Part shown: piece after piece, positions 1-10,298 of the stretch
Layout: the number at the start of each line of letters is the position of its first letter
Numbering within the stretch: position 1 is the first letter of the stretch
Program-made: the position numbers and the translations under genes
Source of the DNA: an uncultured delta proteobacterium
GTDB taxonomy: Bacteria > Desulfobacterota > Binatia > UBA9968
NCBI GenBank assembly: GCA_963816145.1
Contig: CAWFJP010000031.1
Coordinates: 128,001 to 192,000 of the forward strand
DNA: 64,000 nucleotides
Direction of reading: 5' to 3'
The notes under the pieces: generated by a model
Databases searched by the model: none
Seen by the model: only the letters and a program-made list of their open reading frames with translations
Told to the model about the DNA's origin: nothing

Positions 1-1921
1 AGGGAGGTAGCGAATGAAAGAGTCGTACAAGGTAAGACCTAGCCAGTCGCCTTGACCTCGAGTGATGCGTTGTGTCGGGTAACCGGCAGAGCGAAGCGTT
101 CACAGAGGTACAACCGGGCAGTGTATTGAGCTCCGAAAGCACCCTTTTGAGGTGGCCGACCTTATTTTGATATGGGGAAGGCAACAGTCATGTCGAGCGA
201 TTATGGCGAGTTCGATGAGGCCCCCACGGAGTCAGAGACCACCGGCACGGTTGGAAACTTTCCTCGCGGAAGCCGAGAGACCCCGGTAACATCCGTTTCT
301 GCGCAAGCGGATCGGTCGGAGAAGGCGCGAGGCCACAATGCCGACATGCACGTTAGCGGGGAGTCGTACAGTTCCATAGTACCGAAGAAACCAGCGAACA
401 AGGGCTGGGTGCCAAAGCCTGCGGAGTTGGCGGAGGGAAGGGGACTGACCAAGGAGAACATCGAGCAATCGCTACTGGACCGGACACAGAGCCGGAAGAA
501 GAACGGGAGACCGTTTGTCGCCAGGTCGCGCGGGTTGCTAGGTGTACGTGAAGCGGCACGCAGGGATAGGAGGTTGAAGTTCACCAACTTGCAGCACCAT
601 CTTACGGAGGAGTTGTTGGGAGCGAGCTTTTTCGAATTGAAGAAGCAAGCCGCGCCAGGAATCGACGGTGAGAGGTGGCAGGACTATGCAGTGGATTACG
701 AGCGGCGGATCAAAGATCTGCACGAACGAATACACTGCGGAAGGTACCGAGCCCAGCCGTCAAAGCGGAGCTACATCCCGAAGGTTGACGGAACGAAGCG
801 ACCGTTGGGCATAGCAGCGCTGGAGGACAAGATCGTTCAACAGGCGGTGCGCACGGTGCTGGAATGTATCTACGAACAGGACTTTCTGGGGTTCAGTTAC
901 GGCTATCGTCCGAGACGAAGCAGTCATCAAGCCCTGGATGCGCTGTATGTGGGTATCAGTCGGCGCAAGGTGAACTGGATAATCGACGCGGACATTCGAG
1001 GCTTCTTTGACAACATCAGTCACGAATGGCTGATGAAGTTTGTGGAGCACCGAATTGTCGACAAGCGGATGCTGCGGCTTTTGAAGAAATGGCTTCGAGC
1101 CGGAGTATCGGAGGATGGCGAGTGGTCGCCTACGAAAGTGGGAACACCGCAGGGAGCGGTGATATCACCGTTGTTTGCCAACGTGTTCTTGCACTACGTG
1201 GTGGACCTTTGGATCAATGACTGGCGCAAGCGCCAGGCCGAAGGTGAAGTCATCATCGTGCGCTACGCCGACGACTGTGTGATGGGATTTCGCGAGGAGT
1301 CCGACGCCCGAAGATGTTTGGCAGCTCTGGGAGAGCGGTTAGCCAAATTTGGCTTGGAACTGCACCGAGAGAAAACCAGACTGATTGAATTCGGGAGATA
1401 TGCAGAGGAGCGGCGAAGCAGACGCGGTGATGGGCCACCGGAGAGCTTCGACTTTCTGGGTTTCACCCATATCAGTGGTAAGACTCTGGGAGGCGAATTC
1501 ACGATCCAGCGCCTAACGGCGCGCAAGAAACTCCAAGCCAAACTCGCAGAGCTGAAAGCGGAGCTATTGCGGAGAAGACACGACGACCTGGTGAAGGTCG
1601 GGGAGTGGTTGCACCGAGTGTATAGGGGCTGGTGTCAGTATTATGCGGTCCCGGGCAACTCCACACGGCTGCAGCAGTTCCGCAGTGCGCTCCAAGTCAT
1701 GTGGCTGCGCAACTTACAGCGACGCAGCCAACGCGGCCGCCGCCTGACTTGGGCAAAGTTCTCCAAGCTCTGTAGACGCTGGCTACCGACGCCGAAGATC
1801 CTGCATCCCTATCCTAGCGTGAGGTTTGCATGTCAACATCCGCGGTAAGAACCGTATGCGGTAGCGCCGCACGTACGGGTCCGTGCGGGGGGCGGTCAGC
1901 AATGACCGTCCCTACCGCGAT
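1..1921 (+). mobile_element. Group II intron, 5' end outside the window
   Basis: The RT ORF is followed immediately by a domain V hairpin (GAACCGTATGCG...CGCACGTACGGGTCC, from 1849) and domain VI ending ...CCCTACCGCGAT (AY end). Confidence 0.92.
172..1848 (+). CDS. ltrA: Group II intron reverse transcriptase/maturase, no HNH endonuclease domain; start uncertain
   Basis: Motifs APGIDG, RPLGIAALEDKIVQ, GTPQGAVISPL, YADD, FDFLGF, and domain X GWCQYY. Confidence 0.95.
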   Translation: MGKATVMSSDYGEFDEAPTESETTGTVGNFPRGSRETPVTSVSAQADRSEKARGHNADMHVSGESYSSIVPKKPANKGWVPKPAELAEGRGLTKENIEQSLLDRTQSRKKNGRPFVARSRGLLGVREAARRDRRLKFTNLQHHLTEELLGASFFELKKQAAPGIDGERWQDYAVDYERRIKDLHERIHCGRYRAQPSKRSYIPKVDGTKRPLGIAALEDKIVQQAVRTVLECIYEQDFLGFSYGYRPRRSSHQALDALYVGISRRKVNWIIDADIRGFFDNISHEWLMKFVEHRIVDKRMLRLLKKWLRAGVSEDGEWSPTKVGTPQGAVISPLFANVFLHYVVDLWINDWRKRQAEGEVIIVRYADDCVMGFREESDARRCLAALGERLAKFGLELHREKTRLIEFGRYAEERRSRRGDGPPESFDFLGFTHISGKTLGGEFTIQRLTARKKLQAKLAELKAELLRRRHDDLVKVGEWLHRVYRGWCQYYAVPGNSTRLQQFRSALQVMWLRNLQRRSQRGRRLTWAKFSKLCRRWLPTPKILHPYPSVRFACQHPR

Positions 1922-2058
1922 TGAGGCTAGGATCGAACCGATTTCTCCATTGATTAAATGTGGAAGATTTTCCCCACACGTCTACAAAGCCTTTTCCCCC
2001 GCCAACCAAGATTCTTGCGTTACGTTTTCAAACTTCTTTCGACTGTCGGTTGATAAAA

Positions 2059-3507
2059 TCAGTGCCGGCGACCGAGGACCCGTACGCTGAACTTCAGCTC
2101 GGGGCCCGGCGTGGGGGCGACTTTCATGCGCATCTGATAGTCGGAGGGAGCGAGCTCCATCTGCAACCGGTGAAACAGCGTCGCCATCGTGAGCGCGATC
2201 TGCACCTCCGCGATGCCCACACCGAGGCAGGTGTGCTCACCGAGACTGAAAGGGGCGAAGGCGCCGGCTTTCTTGTGCTCGTTTCGTGGCGGCGCGAAGC
2301 GCGTGATGTCGAACTTGGTCGGAATCGAATAGAACTGCTCGAGAAAGTGGGACACCGTGATGGCAATGAAGAGCGGCTCGTCCTTTTCCACCAGGTGACC
2401 GGCGAACTCGAAGTCGCGGGTGGCATTGCGCATGGCGGCCACCGCGATCGGATACATGCGCAGCGTCTCCATGATCGCGCCGTGGAACACCGGCATGGTG
2501 CGCAAAGACTCGGGGGTCACCGGGCCCGCTGCAAACACCCGGTCGACCTCGGCCAGAACCTGCTCATGCACGTCGCGATGCTTGAGAACCGCGTAGAGCA
2601 TGGCCGAGGTGGTGTTGGCCACGGTGTCGAGGCCGGCAAAATACGGCCCCAGCACCGCCATCATCAGCTCCGCCCCTTCGAACAGGGTTTCGTCCTGCTT
2701 GGCGGCTGCCATGATGTCGTCGATGAGGGTGGGCTGCTTGGTATCGACACGGCTGGGGTCGTAGCTGTCGATCATTCGCTGGCCGAGCTCGAAGATGCGC
2801 TTCTTGGCGCGCCGGTAGTCGGGCATCCGCAGCATGATGCGCGGCCGCATGTGGACCACGAGCACGTTGAGCGCATGGCGGATGAAAAGCCGCAGATCGT
2901 CGACGTACTCGCCCGGCGCGCGCCCGGCCACCATGATGCCCAGCTGCTCGGCGGCGAGATGCTGCATGGCCGGAACCACGCGCAACCTTTGCCCCGGTTG
3001 CCACTCGTCTTGCAGCATCCGATCGGTGATGTCGATGAGCTCTTGGTAGCGTCCGCTGATGGATGCGCGGCCGAAGCCGCGCTTCATCACCTTGCGGATC
3101 TTGTCGTGCATTTCACCGTCGGTATTGATCAGGTTCTTCTTGGCCCCGAATTCGTCGACGAACTCTTGCCAGAATTCCTTGGAGCGTAAATGGGTGTCGC
3201 CTTCGCGCGCGATGAAGCGATTGGCCTCCGGGCCGGCCAGGACGGTGTACGGCTTGTTGAACAAACGAATGCGGAAGATGGGGCCGGCTTCGCGGTAGCA
3301 CCTCACGAAGAAGGCCCCGGGATCGGTGCCCATCTCCCAGGCGTTGCCGATGAACGGTAGACCGCGCACGAAAGGGGGTCGCGGTGCGCGGAGCGCCGTG
3401 CTGTGCGGCGCGGTTCCTGCGGACGGCGGCGGCACTCCGCCGGGCAGGGCCACCGTCTCATTTCCCGGCGAACCCGGCAGGCTGTTGGGTGTAGTCGCGA
3501 GCTCCAT
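2059..3507 (-). CDS. Cytochrome P450
   Basis: AGLDTVA I-helix, ETLR (ExxR) and heme motif FSLGEHTCLG; ATG at 3507 downstream of AAAGGAG. Confidence 0.95.
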   Translation of the reverse strand: MELATTPNSLPGSPGNETVALPGGVPPPSAGTAPHSTALRAPRPPFVRGLPFIGNAWEMGTDPGAFFVRCYREAGPIFRIRLFNKPYTVLAGPEANRFIAREGDTHLRSKEFWQEFVDEFGAKKNLINTDGEMHDKIRKVMKRGFGRASISGRYQELIDITDRMLQDEWQPGQRLRVVPAMQHLAAEQLGIMVAGRAPGEYVDDLRLFIRHALNVLVVHMRPRIMLRMPDYRRAKKRIFELGQRMIDSYDPSRVDTKQPTLIDDIMAAAKQDETLFEGAELMMAVLGPYFAGLDTVANTTSAMLYAVLKHRDVHEQVLAEVDRVFAAGPVTPESLRTMPVFHGAIMETLRMYPIAVAAMRNATRDFEFAGHLVEKDEPLFIAITVSHFLEQFYSIPTKFDITRFAPPRNEHKKAGAFAPFSLGEHTCLGVGIAEVQIALTMATLFHRLQMELAPSDYQMRMKVAPTPGPELKFSVRVLGRRH

Positions 3508-3512
3508 GGCAA

Positions 3513-4160
3513 TCACTTCTCCTTTGCGTAACGGGTCAGAAAAGCCTCCACCCCGTCTCTCACCAGCAGCTCCTTGCGCCGCGCAGGTGAGGGGATTCCC
3601 AGGGTGCGCGGCCAGAAGAGACCATTGATGGCGAGCCCCCAGAAATGCAGCGCTGCGGTCTCGAGATGCGGGATGCGCAAGCGGCCGCGCCGTGACTCTT
3701 CGCGCAGCAGGGGGCTTATCCCCAAGAGCTCGAAGGGATCCATCTCGGAGCGAAAAGCACGGCGCAAGGCGGGGGTGCGGATCGATTCGGCCAGGACCAC
3801 GCGAAACAGCCCCAGCGCCTCGGGGTGAAGCAGCCCGTCGAGGAGCGCAAGCGCGAGCCCCTCGAGACGCTCCGCGACCGGGGCCTCGGGATGTGCGCCT
3901 TTTTGGCTGGCCGTTTCGAGAACGCGCCCCCATAGCTCGGCAACCACTTGGTCGAAGAGTGCATCCTTGCTGGCGAAGTGGTTGTAGACCGTGCGCTTGG
4001 ATACGTGCGCGAGCTTGGCCACGTGATCCATGCTGGTGGCGTGGTAGCCCTGGTCGCAGAAGCTCCGCACGGCCGCGCGCAGCACGGCGGCGCGTTTTTT
4101 CTCGGTGCGCGTCTGGGATTCCGCGGGTGCCTGGCGCGAAGGCCGATGTCCGACGTTCAC
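3513..4160 (-). CDS. TetR/AcrR family regulator
   Basis: N-terminal HTH GYHATSMDHVAKLAHVSKRTVYNHFASKDALF. Confidence 0.93.
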   Translation of the reverse strand: MNVGHRPSRQAPAESQTRTEKKRAAVLRAAVRSFCDQGYHATSMDHVAKLAHVSKRTVYNHFASKDALFDQVVAELWGRVLETASQKGAHPEAPVAERLEGLALALLDGLLHPEALGLFRVVLAESIRTPALRRAFRSEMDPFELLGISPLLREESRRGRLRIPHLETAALHFWGLAINGLFWPRTLGIPSPARRKELLVRDGVEAFLTRYAKEK

Positions 4161-4194
4161 GGAGGGGATTGTAGCTCGGTTTGGGCTGGAAGTA

Positions 4195-4211
4195 AACTAC
4201 ACAGTGTAGTT
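4195..4211. promoter_or_regulatory. Probable TetR operator
   Basis: Perfect palindrome AACTACAC-A-GTGTAGTT just upstream of tetR. Confidence 0.7.
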
Positions 4212-4258
4212 CACTAATGCTGCAGCGATTTCCCGATTCGGTGATGCACTCAACTGCC

Positions 4259-4748
4259 CATGGCGTGCTGGCGCCCAACGCGAAGCTGCGTCGTGAAATC
4301 GTTCCAAGTCCGCTAGAGCAAGCAACCGAGCCCTGATGCGATCGCGCGCACGCGCGGGGCACGCCGGCGCGCATGAGTCGGGCCAGGCTGCTCAAACGGG
4401 TCGTCGACATCGACATCGATCACTGGCCGAACTGCGGTGCTGCCTTGAAGATCATCGCCGCCATCGAAGATCCGCCGGCATTTGTCAAAATCCTCAGCCA
4501 TCTCGGTCTGCCCAACCCGCGCCCCGCCGCAGTGATTCGATTTATTCCAAACGACCTGAGCAGCCGAAAGCGCTTGCCAACGCAAGCCGACGCGGCCAAA
4601 AGGAATACTTCGCACGCCTCCGACCGGCGCATCGACCGAGTCGACCGAAGTAACAACGGGATTTTCATCAAACAGAAATTAGATTGACAGTTCCCTGGTC
4701 CGGCGATATAGCTCACCAGAAAAAAAGGTGGTTTGAATTTCCTATACG
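4259..4748 (+). mobile_element. IS91/ISCR-family remnant: transposase C-terminus plus oriIS end
   Basis: Peptides HGVLAPNAKLRREIVP and ARLLKRVVDIDIDHWPNCGAALKIIAAIEDP..KILSHLGLP; oriIS-like GGTTTGAATTTCCTATACG at ~4730-4748. Confidence 0.8.
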
Positions 4749-4929
4749 TCCGCCGTTGCGGGTGATCCGCGGCGCCGACGATCCCGACCAAGGTCCAGAC
4801 AATGAGATGGAAATCCGTCAGGCCGTTTCCGGCTCCCAATATCTCCGGCGCAACAACGCGGGCCGCTTCCCGTTCGCCGAAAAGCGCCAGGAGGTAAATC
4901 GCGCCATCGACGAGTTCCTCGCATCCTGA
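4749..4929 (+). pseudogene. C-terminal fragment of an alpha/beta hydrolase, paralog of 16616-17329
   Basis: PPLRVIRGADDP...FPFAEKRQEVNRAIDEFLAS matches PPLLLIRGVDDP...FPFAERPAEVNRAIDEFLS. Confidence 0.8.
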
Positions 4930-5027
4930 ACATGAGCGGCGTCTTTACACGAAAGTATCCTTCGTAAGGGATGAGGTTCTCCATCGGGCTGCTTTCGCAT
5001 CTTAGACGTAGAAAGAGGGCAGCTGGC

Positions 5028-6230
5028 ATGCGCACAAAGTCTCTTCTCCCACTCATTCGACGTAGCTTTTTGACGCTTTTGCTTTCCTTGGGAACGGCAT
5101 CGGCCGGCGACACTACGGATCCCGACCCGGTCGCTCTTCCGGCCGCTGCTCCATGTAACTTCATCGAATGTACGCACGAGATCCAACCGTGTGGGAGCGT
5201 TTGCGGTTGGCTACCGAACGGAACCGTTCGGTCGTTGAGTCTTGTTCCCCGGCTCGACAATTCGCTCGTTGACATTACACTGGCAAAGCAACCCGACCTT
5301 CAGGCTGCTCTTAAGGAACCGCCGAGATCCAAAGATACCGCAAACGGCAACGTACGCTTCAGTTACATGACGACAGCCGCCGAAGGAGCCGAACCGAGCG
5401 GTTCCGAAAGCATCAAGCCTAGCGCCGCAACGCCGGAACCACATTGGTCGCATTTGCCGATCTGGGGCGCGGAGGCCGAGGCAAGAGGCCATCGGATTCC
5501 GCTTCCCTTCGGAATCGGAGCCACTTTCTACGACGCGCGACAACCGGTCAACGTCAGAGACCTTAAACTAGGCGCCGGTAGTGGCGCTCCGGAGTCGTCC
5601 CCGTTCGTGAAAGTCAAGGGTCCGATTACCTCCTGGCAGCAGAACGTCTCGACCAGGATCGATGTATGGCTATTCCCATTTTTCAACATATACGGCGTTG
5701 CCGGGTACACCAGGGGAAATACCAGAGGCACCGTGACCGTTACCGGTCCGGTGCTCGGACTTTTAAATCAGGATCTACCGCTGTTTGCCGAATTCCACGG
5801 TCCGACCGTGGGCGGGGGCATGACCCTTGCCGCTGGTTTTAAGGTGACTGAGTGGCAAGACCTGCACGCTTTCATGATCGGCGACATCAACCATACGGTT
5901 ACATTCCTGTCCTTCAAAAATGAAAGCTTGATCGCGGGCACGAAGCCCCACGCGACAGTGCCCTCCATTAGAGTCGGTTTGCGCGGCGAAGTGACGAATT
6001 TCATTTCCGCGGGCATGTGGGTTGGGGGCATGTATCAGGCTATCCAGGAAGAAGTCGCGGGTTCGGTGGCCGGCCGATCGATTGAATTTATCATCAATCA
6101 GCGTGCAGCGGCTCCATGGAACACCCTGGTCGGTGGTCAGATCGAATTCGGTACACACTTCAACGTCATCGTCGAAGGAGGATTCGGACCTCGTTCGTCG
6201 ATTCTGACCAGCGCAATCTTCCGGTTCTGA
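5028..6230 (+). CDS. Putative outer-membrane beta-barrel protein
   Basis: Signal-peptide-like N-terminus, amphipathic strands (RIDVWLFPFFNIYG) and C-terminal Phe. Confidence 0.65.
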   Translation: MRTKSLLPLIRRSFLTLLLSLGTASAGDTTDPDPVALPAAAPCNFIECTHEIQPCGSVCGWLPNGTVRSLSLVPRLDNSLVDITLAKQPDLQAALKEPPRSKDTANGNVRFSYMTTAAEGAEPSGSESIKPSAATPEPHWSHLPIWGAEAEARGHRIPLPFGIGATFYDARQPVNVRDLKLGAGSGAPESSPFVKVKGPITSWQQNVSTRIDVWLFPFFNIYGVAGYTRGNTRGTVTVTGPVLGLLNQDLPLFAEFHGPTVGGGMTLAAGFKVTEWQDLHAFMIGDINHTVTFLSFKNESLIAGTKPHATVPSIRVGLRGEVTNFISAGMWVGGMYQAIQEEVAGSVAGRSIEFIINQRAAAPWNTLVGGQIEFGTHFNVIVEGGFGPRSSILTSAIFRF

Positions 6231-6850
6231 CCGTCCCGTCTTTCACAGATAGTTTGTCGGCCGCCGGATCGTGCGCCAAATGTGCGCGATCGGGCTGTTG
6301 TCGCATTTCAAGCCTTCCTTCGGCTGCTTGAAATGACGCCCGACGATGTCGACGAACGGTTCCCAGCTCACGACCGCGTTGGGATCGAAAGAATAAATGC
6401 AAAGATCTGGAAGGCCTGTTTATCGTAGGGAGCCCCGACGACTGCGCTGCGGAGATCGAAAAGTTCCGCGCCCGAGAGGTCGAACACCTGGTGTTTGATT
6501 TGAGACTTCAATACGACGGTTACGAAGAGAGCCTGGAACTGAGCGCTCAGGAACTGCTTGCGAGATTCCCGTAAACCGACGCTTGATATTACATGGCAAG
6601 ACTCTGAATTGGTCCACGGTCAACATTCCGCGCCACGTGAGTCTACAGTCACGGGCAAACTTCACAATGGTTCCGGCGGCTTGAGAGTGAAACATGTGGA
6701 ACGACTGGAACGGTTGGAACAAATCTTTAGCAATCAAAACGACCGTGCCCAAGCAGGCCGAATGGCCAAGGAATCTTACGGCGGCGCGGTGAGTCTAGAA
6801 AATCGAGATGTAAAAGACTGTCCCCGATAACAGACCGGGTGATGCAGAGA

Positions 6851-7057
6851 CTAAAAAATTCCTCGAAAAATTCGCAACAAAAATTCCATCGGTGTGTCGA
6901 TGATCCGATCGACGATCCCAGTCATGAGCAGCACGATCACGATCGGAAAACCGTAGCGCTCGATGCCGGCAACTTTAGACGCGAGCGGACCCGGCAGGAG
7001 ACCGACTAAAACTCGACCGCCATCCAACGGCGGCAGCGGAAGCATGTTGAATACCGC
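6851..7057 (-). pseudogene. Site-2 protease (M50) C-terminal fragment
   Basis: AVFNMLPLPPLDGGRVL (NxxPxxPLDG motif); the HExxH half is missing. Confidence 0.8.
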
Positions 7058-7278
7058 TTTCGGTGGGCGAACTTAGTGAATGGAAATGTTAGGTCAGCCA
7101 CGCGCATCGGGTCATTTAGAGAGAATCTGCGTCTCGCTGGTTATTCACGTGACGCACATTAGCCAAGCCTGTCCGCGGATTTATTCTCAATGTTGACAAG
7201 ACTCGGTTAGCTAATGGATAGTGAGCAAATGCAACGAAGACTACTGCCGTCCGGCACCGATCAAAGGAGTAATATGAC

Positions 7279-7911
7279 ATGGATACGATAGACCGGAACG
7301 ATGCCTACACCGTTACTTCGCTGGACGATCTCGCGAAGATTTATGCCCAGCCGTTGCCCCACATCGCCGCCAAGGAAAGCGACCACATCACCGAGGTCGG
7401 GCGCGCCTTCATCGCGGCATCGCCGTTCCTGGTGTTCGCCACTTCGAACGGGACCAGCATCGACTGTTCGCCCAAGGGCGATGCGCCGGGCTTCGTGCAG
7501 CTGCTCGACGACCGCACGCTGCTGATCCCCGACCGGCCAGGCAACAACCGCATCGACGGGATGAAGAACCTGCTCGTCAACCCGAAGGTCGGGATCATTT
7601 TCATGGTCCCGGGATCCAACGAAACCTATCGCGTGACCGGCAGTGCGACGATCAGCACGGACCCGGAGTTGCTGAAGCGATTCGAGGTGCGCGGCAAGCC
7701 GCCGCGCGTGGTCATGGTCGTCGCTGTCGACGAAGCCTTCAATCACTGTCCCAAAGCGTTCGTGCGGGCGAAGCTGTGGGATGCGCCGGCGCGGCCGAGC
7801 AGCGCGCCGAGCCACGGCGACTTCGCCGCCGCCCGCGACGGCAAGGACGCCGCCTACGCCAGGGATTATAACGAGAAATATGCCGAGCGCCTGAAGACCG
7901 AGCTTTACTGA
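7279..7911 (+). CDS. Pyridoxamine 5'-phosphate oxidase-like FMN-binding protein
   Basis: DCSPKGDAPGFV, IPDRPGNNRIDG, HCPKAFVRAKLW; RBS AAGGAG. Confidence 0.88.
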   Translation: MDTIDRNDAYTVTSLDDLAKIYAQPLPHIAAKESDHITEVGRAFIAASPFLVFATSNGTSIDCSPKGDAPGFVQLLDDRTLLIPDRPGNNRIDGMKNLLVNPKVGIIFMVPGSNETYRVTGSATISTDPELLKRFEVRGKPPRVVMVVAVDEAFNHCPKAFVRAKLWDAPARPSSAPSHGDFAAARDGKDAAYARDYNEKYAERLKTELY

Positions 7912-7988
7912 CCCGGCTGCTGCATCGTTCCCGCCGATCATGAGTTAGTAGATTCAGTGTGCTTTCAGACATGGCCGGAACTCATGAA

Positions 7989-8072
7989 CTCACCACGAAG
8001 ATCACGAAGGACACGAAGTTTTCGGAGGGTTAAATCTCCGAACTTCGTGCTTTTCGTGTCCTTCGTGGTGAG
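7989..8072. repeat. REP-like long hairpin (CACGAAG type)
   Basis: CTCACCACGAAG-ATCACGAAG-GACACGAAG ... CTTCGTG..CTTCGTGGTGAG inverted repeat; a related copy lies at ~28930-29030. Confidence 0.75.
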
Positions 8073-8177
8073 CATGGGCATTTCGTCCTTGGCTACTTGT
8101 CGACATTACGGCAGGAAGCTCAGGCAAGTCTGCCACCAGTGCGACACGTGTAAGCCCAAGTTGCGGAGGAGACCTGC

Positions 8178-8252
8178 ATGATCGCAAACGATATCCTGCT
8201 TGACGCCTTTACGCGCGTCCGCGAGTCGCTGCACCGGACCTTACTTGACCCC
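8178..8252 (+). pseudogene. N-terminal fragment of a DinB-like protein
   Basis: RBS GGAGGAG followed by MIANDILLDAFTRVRESLHRTL; similarity stops at CTTGACCCC. Confidence 0.5.
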
Positions 8253-8500
8253 GATGCGCTGTGAGCTCAGAAAGTTAGACCTCATGGGAGTCCGAGACGT
8301 TATCTGGAAGGGCATACCGGACGGAAAGATGCTTGCCGCGGACATGAAAAAAATAGGCTGAATGACGACGAGGATGGATAGCAAGTTACAACACCTAGTT
8401 CTCAAGGCTGCGCATAATTCCCTAACCAGGCGTCGCCGCAACGGTGATGGCCGCAGCGCGGCGTGTGTTCAATCAGCAGATCGGACAAGGAGGAGCTGCC

Positions 8501-9256
8501 ATGTCGTTTTACGAAAGTGGCCCGGTTCGCATTCGCTATGAGGAAGCCGGTTCCGGTTTCCCGTTGTTGCTCGTCCCCGGCGGGGGATTGAACTCGACGA
8601 TCGACGGCTTGAAGCGCGGCGGGCCCTTTAACGCCATCGAGGAGTTCAAGGGAGAATACCGTGGTATTTTTTCCGACATGCGAAACGCCAATGGCGGCCA
8701 GTCTTGCGGGCCGCTCGAGATCAATCGGCCGTGGGATGCCTATACCGATGATCATATCGGTGTGATGGATCACTTGGGAATCGACAAGTTCGTGGTCATG
8801 GGCTTCTGCATCGGCGGCCCATTGATTTGGAATCTTCTGAAGCGGGCGCCTGATCGCATCGTCGCGGCGGTGCTGGCGCAGCCGAGCGGATTTCGCCCGG
8901 AGCTGCCCAACCACTCATACGATAACAACATGAACGGCTGGGGCCCGGAGTTGGTCAAGCGCCGGCCCGATATCACAATGGAAATGATCGACAAATTTCT
9001 GACCAAGATGTACCGCACCGACGCCGACTTCGTCTGGACCGTAACGCGCGATTTCGTGCGCAACTGCCGGACGCCCGTATTGATCCTGCCGGACGATACA
9101 AAGCCGCATCCGTACGCTGTCGCCATGGAGAGCGCGATGCTCGCGCCGAAGGCGGAAGTGAGCATGTTCCCGTGGAAAGAGCCGAAGGAGCGGATTCCTT
9201 TGGCGGTGCGCCAAATACGTTCCTTCCTCCGTTCGCATCGGCTCGGTGCTGTTTAG
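8501..9256 (+). CDS. Alpha/beta hydrolase with Cys nucleophile elbow
   Basis: GSGFPLLLVPGGG and GFCIGG; RBS AAGGAGG. Confidence 0.88.
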   Translation: MSFYESGPVRIRYEEAGSGFPLLLVPGGGLNSTIDGLKRGGPFNAIEEFKGEYRGIFSDMRNANGGQSCGPLEINRPWDAYTDDHIGVMDHLGIDKFVVMGFCIGGPLIWNLLKRAPDRIVAAVLAQPSGFRPELPNHSYDNNMNGWGPELVKRRPDITMEMIDKFLTKMYRTDADFVWTVTRDFVRNCRTPVLILPDDTKPHPYAVAMESAMLAPKAEVSMFPWKEPKERIPLAVRQIRSFLRSHRLGAV

Positions 9257-9305
9257 ACGGCGTTGTCGCTCGACAACGCCATTGATAGCCAGCGACCGCG
9301 CGCAC

Positions 9306-9536
9306 CTATGCACGTGTTGTCAGGGATCGTTCGAGTGTTTCACGGATAAGCCGGGTGTACGGAATACCGCGTGCCTTGGCCTTTGCCTTAACTGCGTCAA
9401 GCAATGGCTTGGGGACGCGCATGTTGATCTGTGCTTCTTTCTTCTCGAACTCGAATCGCACCGGTTTGAATTGCGAAAAATCGAGATTTGAAAGGTTTTG
9501 AGCGAGAAGGTCTTCTGCTTATTTATTTGTCAGCTT
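9306..9536 (-). pseudogene. CopG/BrnA-like antitoxin pseudogene
   Basis: Own translation: KLTNK*AEDLLAQNLSNLDFSQFKPVRFEFEKKEAQINMRVPKPLLDAVKAKAKARGIPYTRLIRETLE; internal stop, 5' truncated. Confidence 0.72.
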
Positions 9537-9637
9537 ACGCGTCCAGTTGTAGCGCTGAAAATGAGTCGCTAAGCTTGGAAAACAGTAGATTTAAGAACGA
9601 CTGCTATTAATTTACAGTGACTTAGCTTGGTCCGACC
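9532..9637 (+). repeat. Repeat family 3 (probable RAYT 3' end), copy 1
   Basis: Aligns with 19080-19187: AGCTTACG..GAAAATGAG..GCTAAGCT..GACTTAGCTTGGTCCGACC. Confidence 0.75.
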
Positions 9638-10298
9638 GCGGAGCTCGGCAGTCAGCCGGGCAGCATGGTGGTTTTCGATCTGAACAGGGGTGGTCAGCCC
9701 GACGCCGCAACGGTCATCCGGAGCGGCAGCAACGCATCGGTGACACCGCGGCGATAATCCGCGTCGTTATTGCCAGGAGAACCGACTGGGTGATGCGTTA
9801 GGCCGAGCTGGGCGGAGGATGTGTAGTAGGAAAATTACTACCTTGGCGCAGTCGTGTCAGCGAAGTAAGCGCAGCTCAACTTTAGGCGGCGATGCGAACC
9901 TAAGGGTTGTTGGAAAATGATTTGTCCATAAGTGAGCCACTTCGGTAAATTCCCTCGCGTTCCTTGCGCCGAACACAGGCGCAGTCCATGCCACGCCGAA
10001 GCTCACCAGCTGCGAATGTGCACCGATGCAAAATCCGGTTCGATCTATCGCAATTATGCGAACAAAGCTGAAAGCGACATCCTGGAAAGCTAGCGGAATC
10101 ATTGTCGACACTCTTTCGGCATCCGTGTTGCTCTTCTGAATCATCTGTAGTTCGATCGTCGCTGCACGCACCCGCATCCGTTGGAGTGACACCTTCAAAA
10201 TCGGCGCCGGCGTTTCAAACCGGTTGGCCGCCAAATGTCAACAAGCCCTGCGTTGCTCAGGCTTTCGACCAAGGCGATTAACCCGGCGGAGGTTCCAA

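Noticed and set aside
172-1848. Retron, DGR or defence reverse transcriptase
   Set aside because: Domain X and the adjacent DV/DVI identify an ordinary group II intron. No template/variable repeat pair was seen, and the array repeats do not show adenine-specific variation.
1960-4416. Long ORFs 1960-3189 (+) and the 785-aa extension of the P450
   Set aside because: GC-rich antisense or alternate-frame shadows of the P450 and TetR genes. The same applies to 28979-30151, 40099-41121 and 42336-43619.
6231-6850. Possible genes or ncRNA between the barrel protein and the M50 fragment
   Set aside because: Only short ORFs with no motif, and no recognisable RNA structure.
7059-9915. Integron attC sites (GTTAGGT ~7088, GTTAGGC ~9797, GTTGGAA ~9908)
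   Set aside because: No matching RYYYAAC with complementary L boxes could be aligned, and there is no integrase in the window.
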